Source: Zygnema circumcarinatum SAG 698-1b (taxonomy: Eukaryota; Plantae; Zygnematophyceae). Taken from it: a stretch of DNA of 64,000 bases. Shown piece by piece: positions 25,081 through 37,818 of this stretch. The translations under genes were made by a program, and so were the position numbers. The notes under the pieces were generated by a model. The model was not told the origin of the DNA. It did no database searches and saw nothing but the letters and a program-made list of their open reading frames with translations. The stretch lies in the NCBI GenBank assembly GCA_037447605.1, contig CM074805.1:2823361-2887360 (forward strand), read 5' to 3'. Position 1 is the stretch's first letter; each line of letters starts with the position of its first letter.

Positions 25081-25904
25081 ATAGGGCCAAAATCCAGAAC
25101 CTGGGTGGTTCAAAATCGGTATTGTTGCCGTCAAAATTCGTAAGCCCTACGGTCAAAATCCGTAAACCCACGGAAACAGAGCATTTCAACCATGAAAAAA
25201 GCCTTTTGAAAGTATTCTAATTCCATAAAAAATATTTTGTCACGACGTGCGCATATATTGACATCTTGGAATTTGATCACGATTTCAAATTCCGGAATCT
25301 CCAAGCTCCAAAATTTGGGGCCTCAAAAACCAGATTTAAAAAAAAGTTGGTCAAAATTTATAACCTGACGGATTTGCGGTCAAAACTCTACAGCGTCAGA
25401 TGTCAAATTCCATAATAAGGAAGGAAAATTCTCATACAGAGAGATTTACTAACAAAAATGAAGAGGGCTTATTGGTGGCATTGATAATGGGTCAAACTTT
25501 ATTGGGTTCTTTATTTCGCATATTCAACAAATGCTGTGAAAGTGTACAATGTGATGTGGCTCTACCCCCTCCCCTCTCCCCCCCCACCCCACCTACTCTT
25601 CTTATTGGATCAACAAAATCAGAATGACGAGATTGAGCGCCAAGCCCCCCCTTGCTCTTCACATTTGATGGCAGACAAAGGAACAAGAGCTCCTTCCTGC
25701 AAACTGGAGGGCTGTCGGCCGCTCAGAATCCCTGGAAAGGAGCTGCTTTTACAAGATGGACCGCCTTCCCGGCGCGCCGGAAATCACTCCGCCAACCAGG
25801 GCTGCTGGAAGGGGGACGTGACCGCTGTCACCTAACGCCTGCTCCCCACAATGCAACATATACATAGAGCACCCAGTTCTTAATTGTTGCTTGTTCAACT
25901 GCCA

Positions 25905-28900
25905 TCACCGATGCAGAGGAGGGCATAAGATGGAACTCACTCTTGACGACAGCTGGGCATAGGATGTCTGCAGACATCGCAAGAGGTCCCGGTAGGACAC
26001 GATGAGCATGGAGCGCTGATCTCGGCTGATGAGGACAACCTTCTCCGGCACTCCAGCATCCAACTGCAGAAGCAGATTCCCTTCCCAACCGTAACTCAGA
26101 AGGTCGTCTATACTTATGAGCAACACAGAATCTCATGCAGGTCCAATCCAAACTGCTCTATAACCAGATTGAAAATACATGAAAGCGTCAACCGAAGGTG
26201 AAGGTGAACTGAAGGTGCCAACCGTATCCTCCTGGCAAAAAGCTTGTTTCCATGATATATGGTGGCAACAATCTAATCAAACATGACCTCTGAATTCGAG
26301 CTCCACACATGCTATGGAGACGTATCACCTTGTTCAGTGATTCTATGATATGTCCCCAATCCACTATCGGTCGCCCATCCTCGGTTGACTGCATCATAAA
26401 AGTTATCCAAAACCCATCAATCTTAGAAAAAAAAACCCATCAATCTCGTCAGACGACGTTACGAGTAGATGTGGATCTTTTCCCTACAGCAAGCTGCTCC
26501 AACGCACCCGCTGCATTCCATAGCTTCCCTTACCTGATGGAAGACAAAGTCTCGGAAAAGCTTCAGCAGATAGCGATCCCCCGTTTCTGACCACCCTGGT
26601 TCCAAGTCGTCATCAGGGCGCTCGTTGACCGTTGCCAACTTCACCATGAGCCGGAAAAGCCGGCCATTGTCGCACTCTTTCGATAGCTCATCCAAAAGGT
26701 TGTCGTTCCGCATATGGACTTGCTCTATCTGCAACGCCATTCACTTCACTCCTTGCAGCGATCAGCCACAATGCAATCTCCACATACCAATCTCCTAAAA
26801 AAGGCCTGGTCTGACAGTCACTTCAGTGGCTCACAATGGCCACCCGGATTGCAGTAAGGTTTAGAATATAAGTCAATTATTTAACGAGCGTGGGTCTGAT
26901 AGGTCAAAGAATAGATCTCCTGATTTCACCTACTGAACCCCCATATCTCTAGTTTCACACTTGCATTCCCCACGACATTGGATGGCCACCGTAACGAGAC
27001 AATTGCAGATGGCTTACACTTCCATTTAGAACCTCTATCCCAAGTCCCAGCACAAAAGCATACACCCATTGGATGCATCCCTGCTTTGCCAAGCAGCAAA
27101 TGAACAGCTGGTCACTTGCCTCCCCAAACATGCGCTCTGCGAGCACCGCATAGAGCTGCCGTATGCTATTGAGCCCTCCCCCCTCCGCATTGTCCGGAGA
27201 GGAGGCGAGCAGCGCTTGCGTGATGCGCACAAGGTCGGGGGAGAAATGGGCAGCCATGAAGTCAAGGGAAGAGTTCAGCACGGAGCCGCAGGCGAGGTTG
27301 AGCAGCAGGCGGCCACATCCAGCTAAATCCTCCCTCTGGAGATACACACACATGCATCCTCCGGTGTTTCATGTGAGTCACACGTATCTATGGAAAAACG
27401 TCGCCTATGCTGCGGGATCATTTGCCGGGTCAGACGGTAGCATCAGCATGCAGCGGGCCTACCTTCCATTAAGTTTTTTAGGGGGTCAGCAACGTGAAGG
27501 CAGAGTGAGGAAAGTGTCTAGAGTGTCCATCGGGCAGACGCGAAATGAGGAGGATACATGAAACCGGCATGTAGGATCAAAACCTTGTTTTCATGAGCGA
27601 CTGCGCATATTGCACTCGGGAGGAAAGCGCGAGGCCCATCCACAATGGAGATGCATTGGCCAAGATGAGTTGACCCTCACCATCTCACCTGCAGCAGGCG
27701 CGGGTCGTCTGCTTCATCTCCATTCAGCACATCAAGGACCCCCACTCCGCCTATCCGTAGTCTGCCTCTGCTTGTGAGCAGCACCTTGGAGGGGTCCAAC
27801 CCTCCCATTCGACAGTGCAGGCCGGCCCCATGGATGGCCCGCAGAGCAGCAGCGAGCTGGACAAGGTAACTCCACAGCTGTTCCTCGCTTACCTGCAGCA
27901 TTACCACGCTAGCATTCCCGAAGCAATCATTGGAAACTCTTCCACTTTCATCAGGGGTCGAGAGGCGAATATGGTCAAGGGTGGTTTTGCTGTTATGTCA
28001 TATCATCATGCACGTTCGGAAGAAGCGCTGGTGGCCTAGCTAACGCGTCTAAACGCTTCCCAAAAATTGGTCAACCAAGACCACAAATACAGTCAATCTT
28101 GCTCTCAGCTTTCTGCTTCCAAAGTCGTCTCATCACCACCGTCCAACATTCTCCGCCTCCAGTTCCATTCTCTGATTTCCATAGAACTTCAAAAATACCT
28201 TCAAGAGAAGCAACTCAGAAGGACGAAGTAGAAATAAACACTGACGCATTGTCTGAGAGTGCTTTACCATTATTCTCTCACTAGAACTCGTCCGCGGAAC
28301 ATACCGTGAGATGTACAACTCCACTGGTTGTGTTTTGGCTCAAATGCGCCACTTCCAGTGTTACTGCTGCCGGATAGTAGTCATGCACAAAAAAGAGAGC
28401 GGGCGAATCCTCTATCTCGCGGCTCACAAACGCCTCCCTTAGCGTCGTGACATGCGGATGCCCCGTCAGCGCCGCCCATCTCTCCACGGCCTCCGCTGCG
28501 GCAGCCGCCAGCTCCGCTGTGGGGATAACCTGCCGGGAGGAAACGAAACAAACAAACAAACAAACATTCCAAACATTTGGAGCCCTCCTTATAGTACTTC
28601 GAGCAAAGAACCAACTTACGGGAAAAACACTGAAAGGTGGTGGAGAATTCGTGCCTTGCACCATGAGATGGAAGTGCACTAGACAACATAAGCAGCATAG
28701 CTCTCCGTGTTCAGTCCCTAAGGGTTTCAGTCGTTTAGAAGCTCAATGAGCCATCTATATACTACTCAGAATTGTAAAAGGACAAACACGAACTTCATGC
28801 ATTGGCTCTACGGCAACATCTCCATTCAACGCTTTCCTGCTCCTTTCACTGGGTGAAGCCAAGAACACACACATGCGCACCAGTCTTCAAAAAAGAAAAT

Positions 28901-31900
28901 GACTATCAGGTGACCTTGCACCTTACCGCAGCAGGACTGCATGTGTACATGGATTAAATAACATCATCGACAGCTTATATTCCACTCTTTGGTCGCCTGT
29001 CCAGCATAGTCAAACTGGCAGGACAACGAAAGAGTACTTGGCAGATAGCGAGTCTAGGTTTGGGGTTCTGGGGAACTGAACTTCTCTCCTTGTCTTTCCT
29101 TTCGCTTGTCTCCGTTTACCTACCGTTCGCTTCCTTTCAGGAAACCTGACGCTCCATTGGACAGTCGACGAGGATTATCCAAAGGACTCGACAACCCAAC
29201 CTCACATCATCACAACCTCAGGGATGAACAACAACCATTTTGCAAAATCCTCTCCTATCATTCCCTTCAAACTTTTGTAACCTCAATAAAGAACCACGAC
29301 AAGGGTAAGGGGGCAGGGGTTGCAACTCTGTAACGCAAGTCCTGTTGCCATTGTTTGTGGAGAATCTCAAAAGGTCAGATTCCCAAACCATGCTCCACAC
29401 CCGTTGAGTTCGCTCCTACCTGGCGATGATCGATTCTGCGAATGGCGTAAGCACGCCCATCGCTAGAGCTGATCCCTTTGAAGACGATCGATCGCACTCC
29501 AAACGCGCTTCTGCTCACCTCGTCCTGCGCGCTGAAATCCTCCAACGGGTACAGCATGTGGTAGTGCTGCACTGTGTCTGGAAGGTCGACCATATCCTGC
29601 TCAGGGTCAAGCTGCAAGTTCCCATCTCCTCCCCTTCCTCCCTGTCATCTGTTGACCACTCATTGGGAAAGCGTTTCTGGGCCTGACAACCAAAGTGGCA
29701 AACAAGCCTGAGATGCATTGCTTATGCCTGTGTGCTCAACCATGAGGTGGGTGATGGGCGAAACGGGATTCGACGAAAAACCTCCTTGGACCGTCAATTC
29801 AACACCTGGTCATAATCTTCACATTACTTGCAAAGCCCCATGATACCAATGCGCAAGGTTTGGGGCAGCAAGAAAGCAAATTGGCTTGGAATGGAAGGCT
29901 GGAGTTTCGCTGAGTGTACAAAACTTGAAGATGCAGCTACCTCTAACCTGAAACTGCAAATTTCACAACTTTGATTGAAACTTCAGACGTTTTTCCGAAA
30001 ATCAACATTAAGACTGCTGAAGTTTTCTCCAACAGTACAGCCTCTACCACCCTCATCCCTACATTCCACGTGTTCACACCTGTGCTTGGATGAGAGCGCT
30101 GCGTTGCAAAAGCTCCTTCCGCAAGTCCTCTGAGATAAATTTTGATGCCAACGGCATCCGACCAGGAGTACCTACAACATTCCCAGTCCTACCAATTGCA
30201 TCCCTTCTCACACCCCCTCCCCCTCCCCCATAATTTCCTACTGCGCCCATCATCTGTTGAACGCTTGCAGCACCCAGTCCTTGTCTGGGCCCAAAAAAAT
30301 AGGTTGCACCGCCGTGTGTTGCAGCGGCAACAACCGGCGTGGTAGCCAATGAAGGCCCCGGAGAGGTAGGCCTGTACAAGTTGTGGGGGTTCCCAGAGGA
30401 AAGCCTCTGCGAGTGACTCGACTGCAACTGTGTGCTGCTTTGCTGCAACGGGGGTGTGCCCTGCCGCTGTGGCATTTGCATCCGTTGATATGAATTCTGT
30501 TGGGCCTGTACCGGGCCCATGGGTGCTGAGTGGTGGGGGAGTTGATAGAAAGCCTGTGCCTGGATGTGCTTTTGATGGGCCAACTGCGTTTGCGCTAACG
30601 AAGATTGCATCATGTGAGCGTGTCTTGCTTGCTTTTGCCTCGGCGATTTGTCCCCTAGATCTTTTCCGGATGCATCGAATACGGCATCACTAACGCCCCC
30701 ACTAAAACCCTTCACATCTGTTGGCACAAACAACCCATCCTTCCCTACAATCGGTCCTGTGCCTTGCGGCTGCCCTGCCTCCGAACCCATCTGACTTTTC
30801 TGCAGCCCCGGTCTCTGTGGCTGGTTTGAACCCGCCACCTGACCACCAGAAATTCCTGGAGAGGTCCCGGGCCGAGAACTCATAATTCCCCCGGAAACCA
30901 CGAACCCATTCCCCACACGCAAACTTGAGCCAAACCTCCCTCGGGCATATCTCACAGCTGAGCCAGGAGGACCCCCCCCCCCCCTTCCAGCTCGCTCTCC
31001 CACACTACCCATGGCAGAGACCCCATCCGGAGGACGGAGGATGGGAAGCATCTGCCCTGACACCCCCACAGCAGAACCTGCTTGTGATTCAAGGGAATTT
31101 GTTCCTGCCTGAGGAGGAGACATAGATGTCATCCCTAACGATGGATCATCACCATCTGGCAATGCAAAAGACTGTGCTGACACCCCGCCATCAAGCTCCT
31201 TATAGGATGAAGAGAGCCCGCTTCCTGAGCTTCGCGATAGCCCCCCTCCTGCTGTCACTCTTGATCCTACTGCTGCTCCAACTCCCCCCTTTGGCCCTGA
31301 TCCCGGTGTCGGCACCAAAGCAGGTGTAGTGGGCCGAATTCCAGGAGCCAATCCACTGCCCACAACAGCTCGTCCTGGCAAAGACTGCGCTTGAGGTTGT
31401 TGCATAGTGACTTGCTGTCGATTACTAAAGGAGCTATATGTAACAGTGGGTCGTGGAGTGGTATGGAGGGAAGGGCCGGCAGAACTAGGAATAGCGGCAG
31501 CGGCTGAGGAAGGGGGTAGGGAGGGAGATGGCGCTCGGCCCGTCGCTGCCAACTGTTTGGACTTTGGCACGAAAGGGGGAGCATTGGCAGCAGCTGCTAC
31601 ACCGGGTGAGATTCCAGAAGGGGGCAATCCTGCATCAAGCATGCCATGTAACAAAGGAATTGGACAGCTAATGAGGGGAATCAGACAACACTCAATATAG
31701 CCAGTACGTTTTAGTTACTGTCGGTCCAAATCACAGGATCACCTTGACGAGAAACAATTGTTAAAAAAAAAAGGAAAAATGATCACTGGAAGTCTTTGAT
31801 TCGACACGATCTCAAAGTTGGTCTATACCACAGAACAGTCGTAGTTTGTTAGCCTATAGAGGTCCAAAAATGTTTGATGAGTCATTCGAATTGTGAGCAA

Positions 31901-34900
31901 AATTGACGATCTTTGAACAATCATAAGTAAGCTCCATAAGTTACGGTGCTGTTACAACAATGCGTTTCAGTCCTAGACTAAAATTGCAAGCATTTGGTAT
32001 AACGGGTTATTTTATGAGACAAGGGAAGAGGGAGTAAAACAAGACGAGTTCTGCTCAGAACTGATGTTAACCATTCATGTTCTATGTTCTTCTCAGCTAC
32101 ATAATTACCTCAACCCCTAATCGGCTCCTCACCATTATAACGACCCAACGGGCAAGATATCCCTAATTTCAACAGCAACTTTCTTTTTGACATGCACCAA
32201 CCATATTTAATGTAATACTAATAATCGAATAAGGGCATCACTTAGACAAGACATTTGAAACAACTGCAGATGGTTGGACAACCGCCAAAAGAAAACCAAA
32301 AAGTAATGGGGAAAGGAGAAGATAGTAAGAAACAGGATCTGGAAATAGAAAGAAAAAAAGAAGAAAGACAACATAAACAGGATATCTGAGAGGGACATCG
32401 ACGACTCGCATTGACTTCCAATGACTTCATTGCCGCCCTGACATTATGAGAAACGTCACAAGACCAAGACATGTAACAAATCTGGTCAAAGTCTGAGCAC
32501 CAGTTACCTGCTGTTCCCGGGCTGCCTCCTCCCCACGCAGTGAGGGCGACCCTCTGGGCGGCAGCCACGGCTGCGGGCACAAAGGCCGGAGCGGAGATGG
32601 GCAAAGTCTTCGATTTACTTTGAGTCTGCGAGGGCTGCGATGGGGCCGGAGTCGCAGAATCTGAGGGATCGGCTGCTTTCGCCATCCTCATCCATACATA
32701 GCAAACCCACAAGTTTTGTCAGTGTGGGGAGGGAAGCAAAAAATTAGCAGTCCTTTAATAGAGTTTATGCCGCCAGTGAAAATTGCAACAAAATAATGGC
32801 GGGGAATAGAAGGGCTTCGGCTATAACTTGATGTCAAACGTGCGTGGTTGAGGCAAAGGATATTAATGAATATTCTGACAATGCAAGTTTCAAACACGAA
32901 AGTGGGTGGGAGTCAGAATTCTTCTATCGATCGAACCGTGGTGGGTGGGTGAGTGGACGGAAGGGGGAGGGAAACAAAAAAATGGAAAATAGAGGTCACC
33001 TCCCTCAGTTGATGCAGAAGTGACTTCAAGACTTGCGCTCGACTCCTCTTTAGAATCCTTCGAGGGCCCAATTTCCGTTCCTATGCTGCTTTCCATAGGT
33101 TGTTTTTCAACAATAGACAGCCCGGAGGCTAAAGCAAAGGCAGCATCGCTAGCAACTGCCTGCGTTTCAGAGGAGGCAGCATAGCCCGAGGGTGTCCCTT
33201 CCGTGCTTGAGTCAGCCTCCACAGTTTCACGAAGACCACTTTGAAGGTCTGAGTCTGTAACATGGTGCGCTCCCAGGGGTGAGGTCTCGGCGCCACGAGA
33301 ATCCCCTGCTGCGACAGGCACAGGATTTCCTTCGTCCTTATCTGATACTCCAACAATTTCGGCAATTCCTGTCAACACAGTCGTTAGGAATTTTTCCAAC
33401 CATCATGATAGTGGTGGGATAGAGGACAAATCTGTTCCAGATTTACGGCTCTGTGTGTGAAGCTGCAGTTACATGGGAAGGGACAGATAGCAAGCTAGTG
33501 CAGACCCACCTAAGCTCCGTGAGGACTGTAGAACTGCAGCCGTCTGAAGGGCGGCAGAGCTGCCAGCTGTCGGAGGCGGGGCAGTAGGCCTGCAATCCGA
33601 GCTGTCAGACATCAGCATCAAATTTTTTCCAAGGATGTTGGCTGGAAAATCTGTACGAGCTCTTGAGGCATCCAAATAAGCAAGAAACTAAATACTTCCT
33701 CCTTCTCTGAACAACGCATCCAGGAAAAAAAAGAAAGGGATCATTTCTTAAAGAAAGACTGGCATATCACTGACATAAGTTACATGTTCTGAACAAAGTA
33801 TACATATCTTGACCTTGACATAGCTAACCCATACTAACACCACTTGGCCCTTAGGCATATGGTCATGTGGTTTTGCAGTTGGAAACCAACTTAAAACTTC
33901 TCTTTAACGCAATGAAGTTTTGTCAATTTCTCAAGTTAGAAAGGCTCACATGTATGAATGGCTATGAATCCACTAATGGACCTTACCCGGTTTGCGTCAC
34001 CCCTGGAATGTCGTGGTTGTATTCACATCCATTCTTCTCATTCTGTTCCACCGAACAAGGGCGACAATGCTTCATCGCAGGTAAAGCAAAAAACACGTGT
34101 AGAAGAGTAGAATCTAAAGACCTGGATGCTGTACAATTGCCTTTATTGATGTCCAATATCTCTCTAATGCTCCGATCAAGGACTCGTATTCGGCTGCATG
34201 ATGGGAAACCCCCCCCGTCTCTGTGGCTATGTCACAGCTTCTTCAACCCCTAAACCTTCAGGCATAGAGCCACATGAAGGGGATGAAACATTCGCAACTG
34301 GCTTGGTGATCAAACAGGGAGAATAACACAAGTACACGCATTTAGACAAAACCTTCTACCTGAGCGCATTTCACTAACAGTACACAACCGCGTGCAAGTC
34401 TGTTATGGCCAGCCATCCACCTTCCGAGCGTTGACTCGCCTCTGACTTTCCAGAACCAAACGTGTCTGCAAAAAACCCTTTGAACGCATACAAGCAAAGG
34501 GTTCCGTCTCACCTTGCAGAAGCCATAGAGAAGGAGCTCGCGACAGGCCCGCTCTCTCTTTGGAACCGCTGCTTCCCGCCATTCCCAAATGCCACGAACT
34601 CAAAATTGGCAGGCAGTAGCCAGAGTGAGTGCTCGGAAACCGTAGGCAGCACTTCTCTATAACCCTAGAAGGTATGGACTTGCATGACCAACAGACAGAC
34701 ATCATCGCTGGCATGGAGCAATGCTGGATGACTTCGCTTGTAGTTAAGAGTCATGGATGTAAGGGGAATTGGTTTGCGTTGCATTGCGAAAATTTGGGAG
34801 ACCGAATGTCAATGTTAGGATTTTGGATCGCCTTAGCCAACATGACAAGATTTAGCTGTCTTTCAGAGCTTTGCACTTGCACATCAGAGATCTCAGGTTC

Positions 34901-37129
34901 GACATAGGGAATAGCTAATGACGTATTTTGATGAACAATTTTATGAGGGGATGATCATTTAGAACCCATGCATAAGGATGGGCTTGGCGATACTTAAACA
35001 AACTTTAAGTCCTTCACCAGCAAAAACAAAAGTTTTCCTTTTTTCGAACAATTTGTTCTCTCGTGTAAAGAAGGCACCTACCATTTATGGGCACTCAAAT
35101 CTGTTTTTCAGCTAAAAGACTTGTCCAAACATCAACCTTGAAGGTTTCAATGATATGATAAGCCTGTTGTGCAACAATAGTGATATAATAGTAGTTAAGC
35201 ACTGGCAGTTCTGTCGATACGTCCAGAAAGGAATGTGTAGGGTTTTGATCCTGGAACTCTTAGTTTGGACGGCAATGAAAAGCATGCACCGGCAAAAAAC
35301 GAAAGAGAAACAAGCATGCACACTCCACAGAGATTTGTGGCTTGTGTTGAAATTACACTTGACTTTGGATTCAACAGTTGCGGGGGGAGGGGGATAGAGA
35401 CAGAGAGAGGGAGAGAGAGAGAGAGAGAAGGAGAAGCACCTACTGCCTGCCAAGCTTGCGAACCCCTATACTGCGGGATGCAATCTGTCCAATGGCACTC
35501 AGCTAGACTAATGGTGGTCGGAATGCATAGGATTATCACCTTAGAGCTATAAGCAGCAGCTGAGATTGAGAGCCACTTCAGTAATCACGCTTTGGGGTGT
35601 GAGAATAATGAGGAAGGAAAGAAGCTGATTTAAGCAATTCCCCCAAAAGTGCATGCAAGTGGAATAGCCCATGGACAAAAGTATAGAATCCAAGAGCCAG
35701 ACACTACCAGAAAAGTGCAGGTTTTGGCTCGTTTATTTCCCTGCGCTTTGCTCTCACCCATTCCTCTTTTCTTCCCCATTTCAAAAACAGTTGCAAAGGA
35801 TCTAGGTTCGACAATCCCTCAGTGCGCCTCTCCCTGGAAAGCAAAATCCAGTCAAAGTAAAAGCATGCATCCTGGAAAAGCACAGACAAGCACATCCGAC
35901 AAAAGTTTCAGGCTTCAAAGCAACCTACCGCTTCGTCCTGCGGAGCCTTTATCGGCCAAGTTATGGGCAAAATTGCACTGATCGCCAAAGAAGCACGTCC
36001 CCGATGCAGCCCAGTAACGACATGGCACAGCACTGTGCCAACCCACCGAATTCAACAATTCCTCGAACAACTCAGCATATGAGTAGCATGTTCACAAGGC
36101 CCCTTCGCATCCCTCGACAAAAGATATGCTATATTAATTTAATTGCATAACATATGAAGTTGCAAAAAGAGCATACTCTCAACTATCACCAAACTGGAGG
36201 AAAGATTATTTTGTTACTGCTTGAGTGTGCCATTCAAGGGGGTAATATGGCTAAGATAAGATGACATATGAAAAAACATGCAACTCGTAAAATCTCACAT
36301 TGGCACCTGCGATTGGCTTTATGGGGCTCAGGTATTGTATAGTCTATGTTAAGTGAGAACCAGAACGCACGACTCACTTGGACACTATGCTCCAAATGCA
36401 CGCTTTAGAGCATATAACAGGAATAGACCAGTTAATTCGTTAGAGCAGAATTTGGAACATGGATAGGTAAAACTTCAAGCTACAAAGTCTATTATGTCTC
36501 CTTTTCAAAAAAGAGTAGACATTCAGGAAAGAACTTCATCTCGGTAGCATTGGAGTTATTGTATGTACTTATAGGTGTAAGCTGTTCTTACTGCATTGGT
36601 AAATACTTGCATCAGCATTAAGCAAAACGTGTCGGAAATTTGCATGCGCTGGACCTTGCCAAGAACAGTGACTTCAGCAATGCTGGTAGAAAGCGGGTAA
36701 CTGTGAAGGATGATGCGGAAGCTGGGCCAGCTGCATTTCGAAAGAAGCTGAGTGCGCAGGAACTCAAGCAATCCTAATAATCAAAGGCTTGACAATCAGG
36801 AAATCGGAAATAACTGACGAGGAAAAGCTATTTTCGTTTTTATTTGCTGCAGGACGAGAATTTCGCGGGTCTTTCGTCAACTGCAGGAAATTGAAGGCAT
36901 GTGTGAAGTTCCTACGCGGTCAAATCCGCAGCATGGACGCAAAATAGGGCTAACCAACGCCTCAGCGTGTGACTAAGGAGGCAAACTTAGCCGTTCCACA
37001 CGCGATACCTGTTCCTCTCTCATCCCAAAATGGATCATAAACGGCAATGCAGGCGGCTTGAAGCCATGGACAATCCGGGAAGCAGGAGAACCCCAACCTG
37101 GTCGAGACCCGAGTGCTCGGACCGCTCAT
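25905..37129 (-). CDS. PAN3: PAN2-PAN3 deadenylase regulatory subunit PAN3
   Basis: C-terminal knob: [18 protein letters not shown]...[20 protein letters not shown]...[11 protein letters not shown]|[15 protein letters not shown]...LIVSY. Pseudokinase exons: [42 protein letters not shown]...[10 protein letters not shown]-terminal CCCH finger [20 protein letters not shown] (36022-35963), connected by a phase-consistent exon chain. Stop at 25905. The start at 37129 is tentative; the core 25905-31630 is firm. Confidence 0.92.
35393..35433. repeat. (GA)n microsatellite in a PAN3 intron
   Basis: gatagagacagagagagggagagagagagagagaaggagaa. Confidence 0.85.
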
Positions 37130-37818
37130 TTTTGGACGCCACGTGGCAGCCCACTAGAGGCTGCCAGGCGCTATACCCCTCCCTTTCTTGCGCGCAACGA
37201 CCCCCTTCCCTGCCCGCAGGCCGGCCCCCATGGCTACGCTCGCCCCGCAGGCCGCCACGTGGCAGCGGCCATGGCTGGCGCACTTTCCGCCGATAAGACG
37301 AAGCCAGTCCAAATTTCGCGGCTCGTTCCGCCCCTTCGTCCGTACGGTACTCTTCCACTTCGTGCCGTACAGATTCTATTCAAGAAAACAGACTACAGGA
37401 TGGGGTCCTCATTATTTCCACCCTAATTCAGTGCGTTCCCAAGAAATTCGCCCTGATTTTGCCGAAACCACTCTTTTGTACGGTAAGTCTGTGTTAGCCG
37501 TACCATTCGTACCATTCGTACTAACCGTACTAGCCGTACTTGCTGTACTAGCCGTTACGGGCTTAAGCAAAACTCACCGAATCTTCCCGCACGGGCCGCC
37601 GTAAGAGGCGCTTGCTAATTTAATTTTCGCCATGGTTTCGGCAAATATTTTGGGCGAAAATATTGGGTAGCGAAAATATTGGGGAGGGGGTACTTGTAGC
37701 GGGGCCCGTACCGCCCCCGGCCCGCCTGTACGTGACCGGACGGGAGCAGGCCAGCAGGGAGGGAGGGATGCGGTGTCGGCGGGGGGGCCGGGCTCCCTCG
37801 CATGCATGCGCTTCCAGA
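37130..37818. promoter_or_regulatory. Divergent promoter region between PAN3 and the WWE-PARP gene
   Basis: The genes are head-to-head about 690 bp apart. The region holds two identical GCCACGTGGCAGC (37138, 37254), a 9-bp-period GTAC array (37500-37548) and three AAATATT units (~37640-37680). Confidence 0.65.

Noticed and set aside
34050-35250. PAN3 inserted segment as a YTH domain
   Set aside because: Only superficial similarity, and the aromatic-cage motifs could not be aligned; left unassigned.
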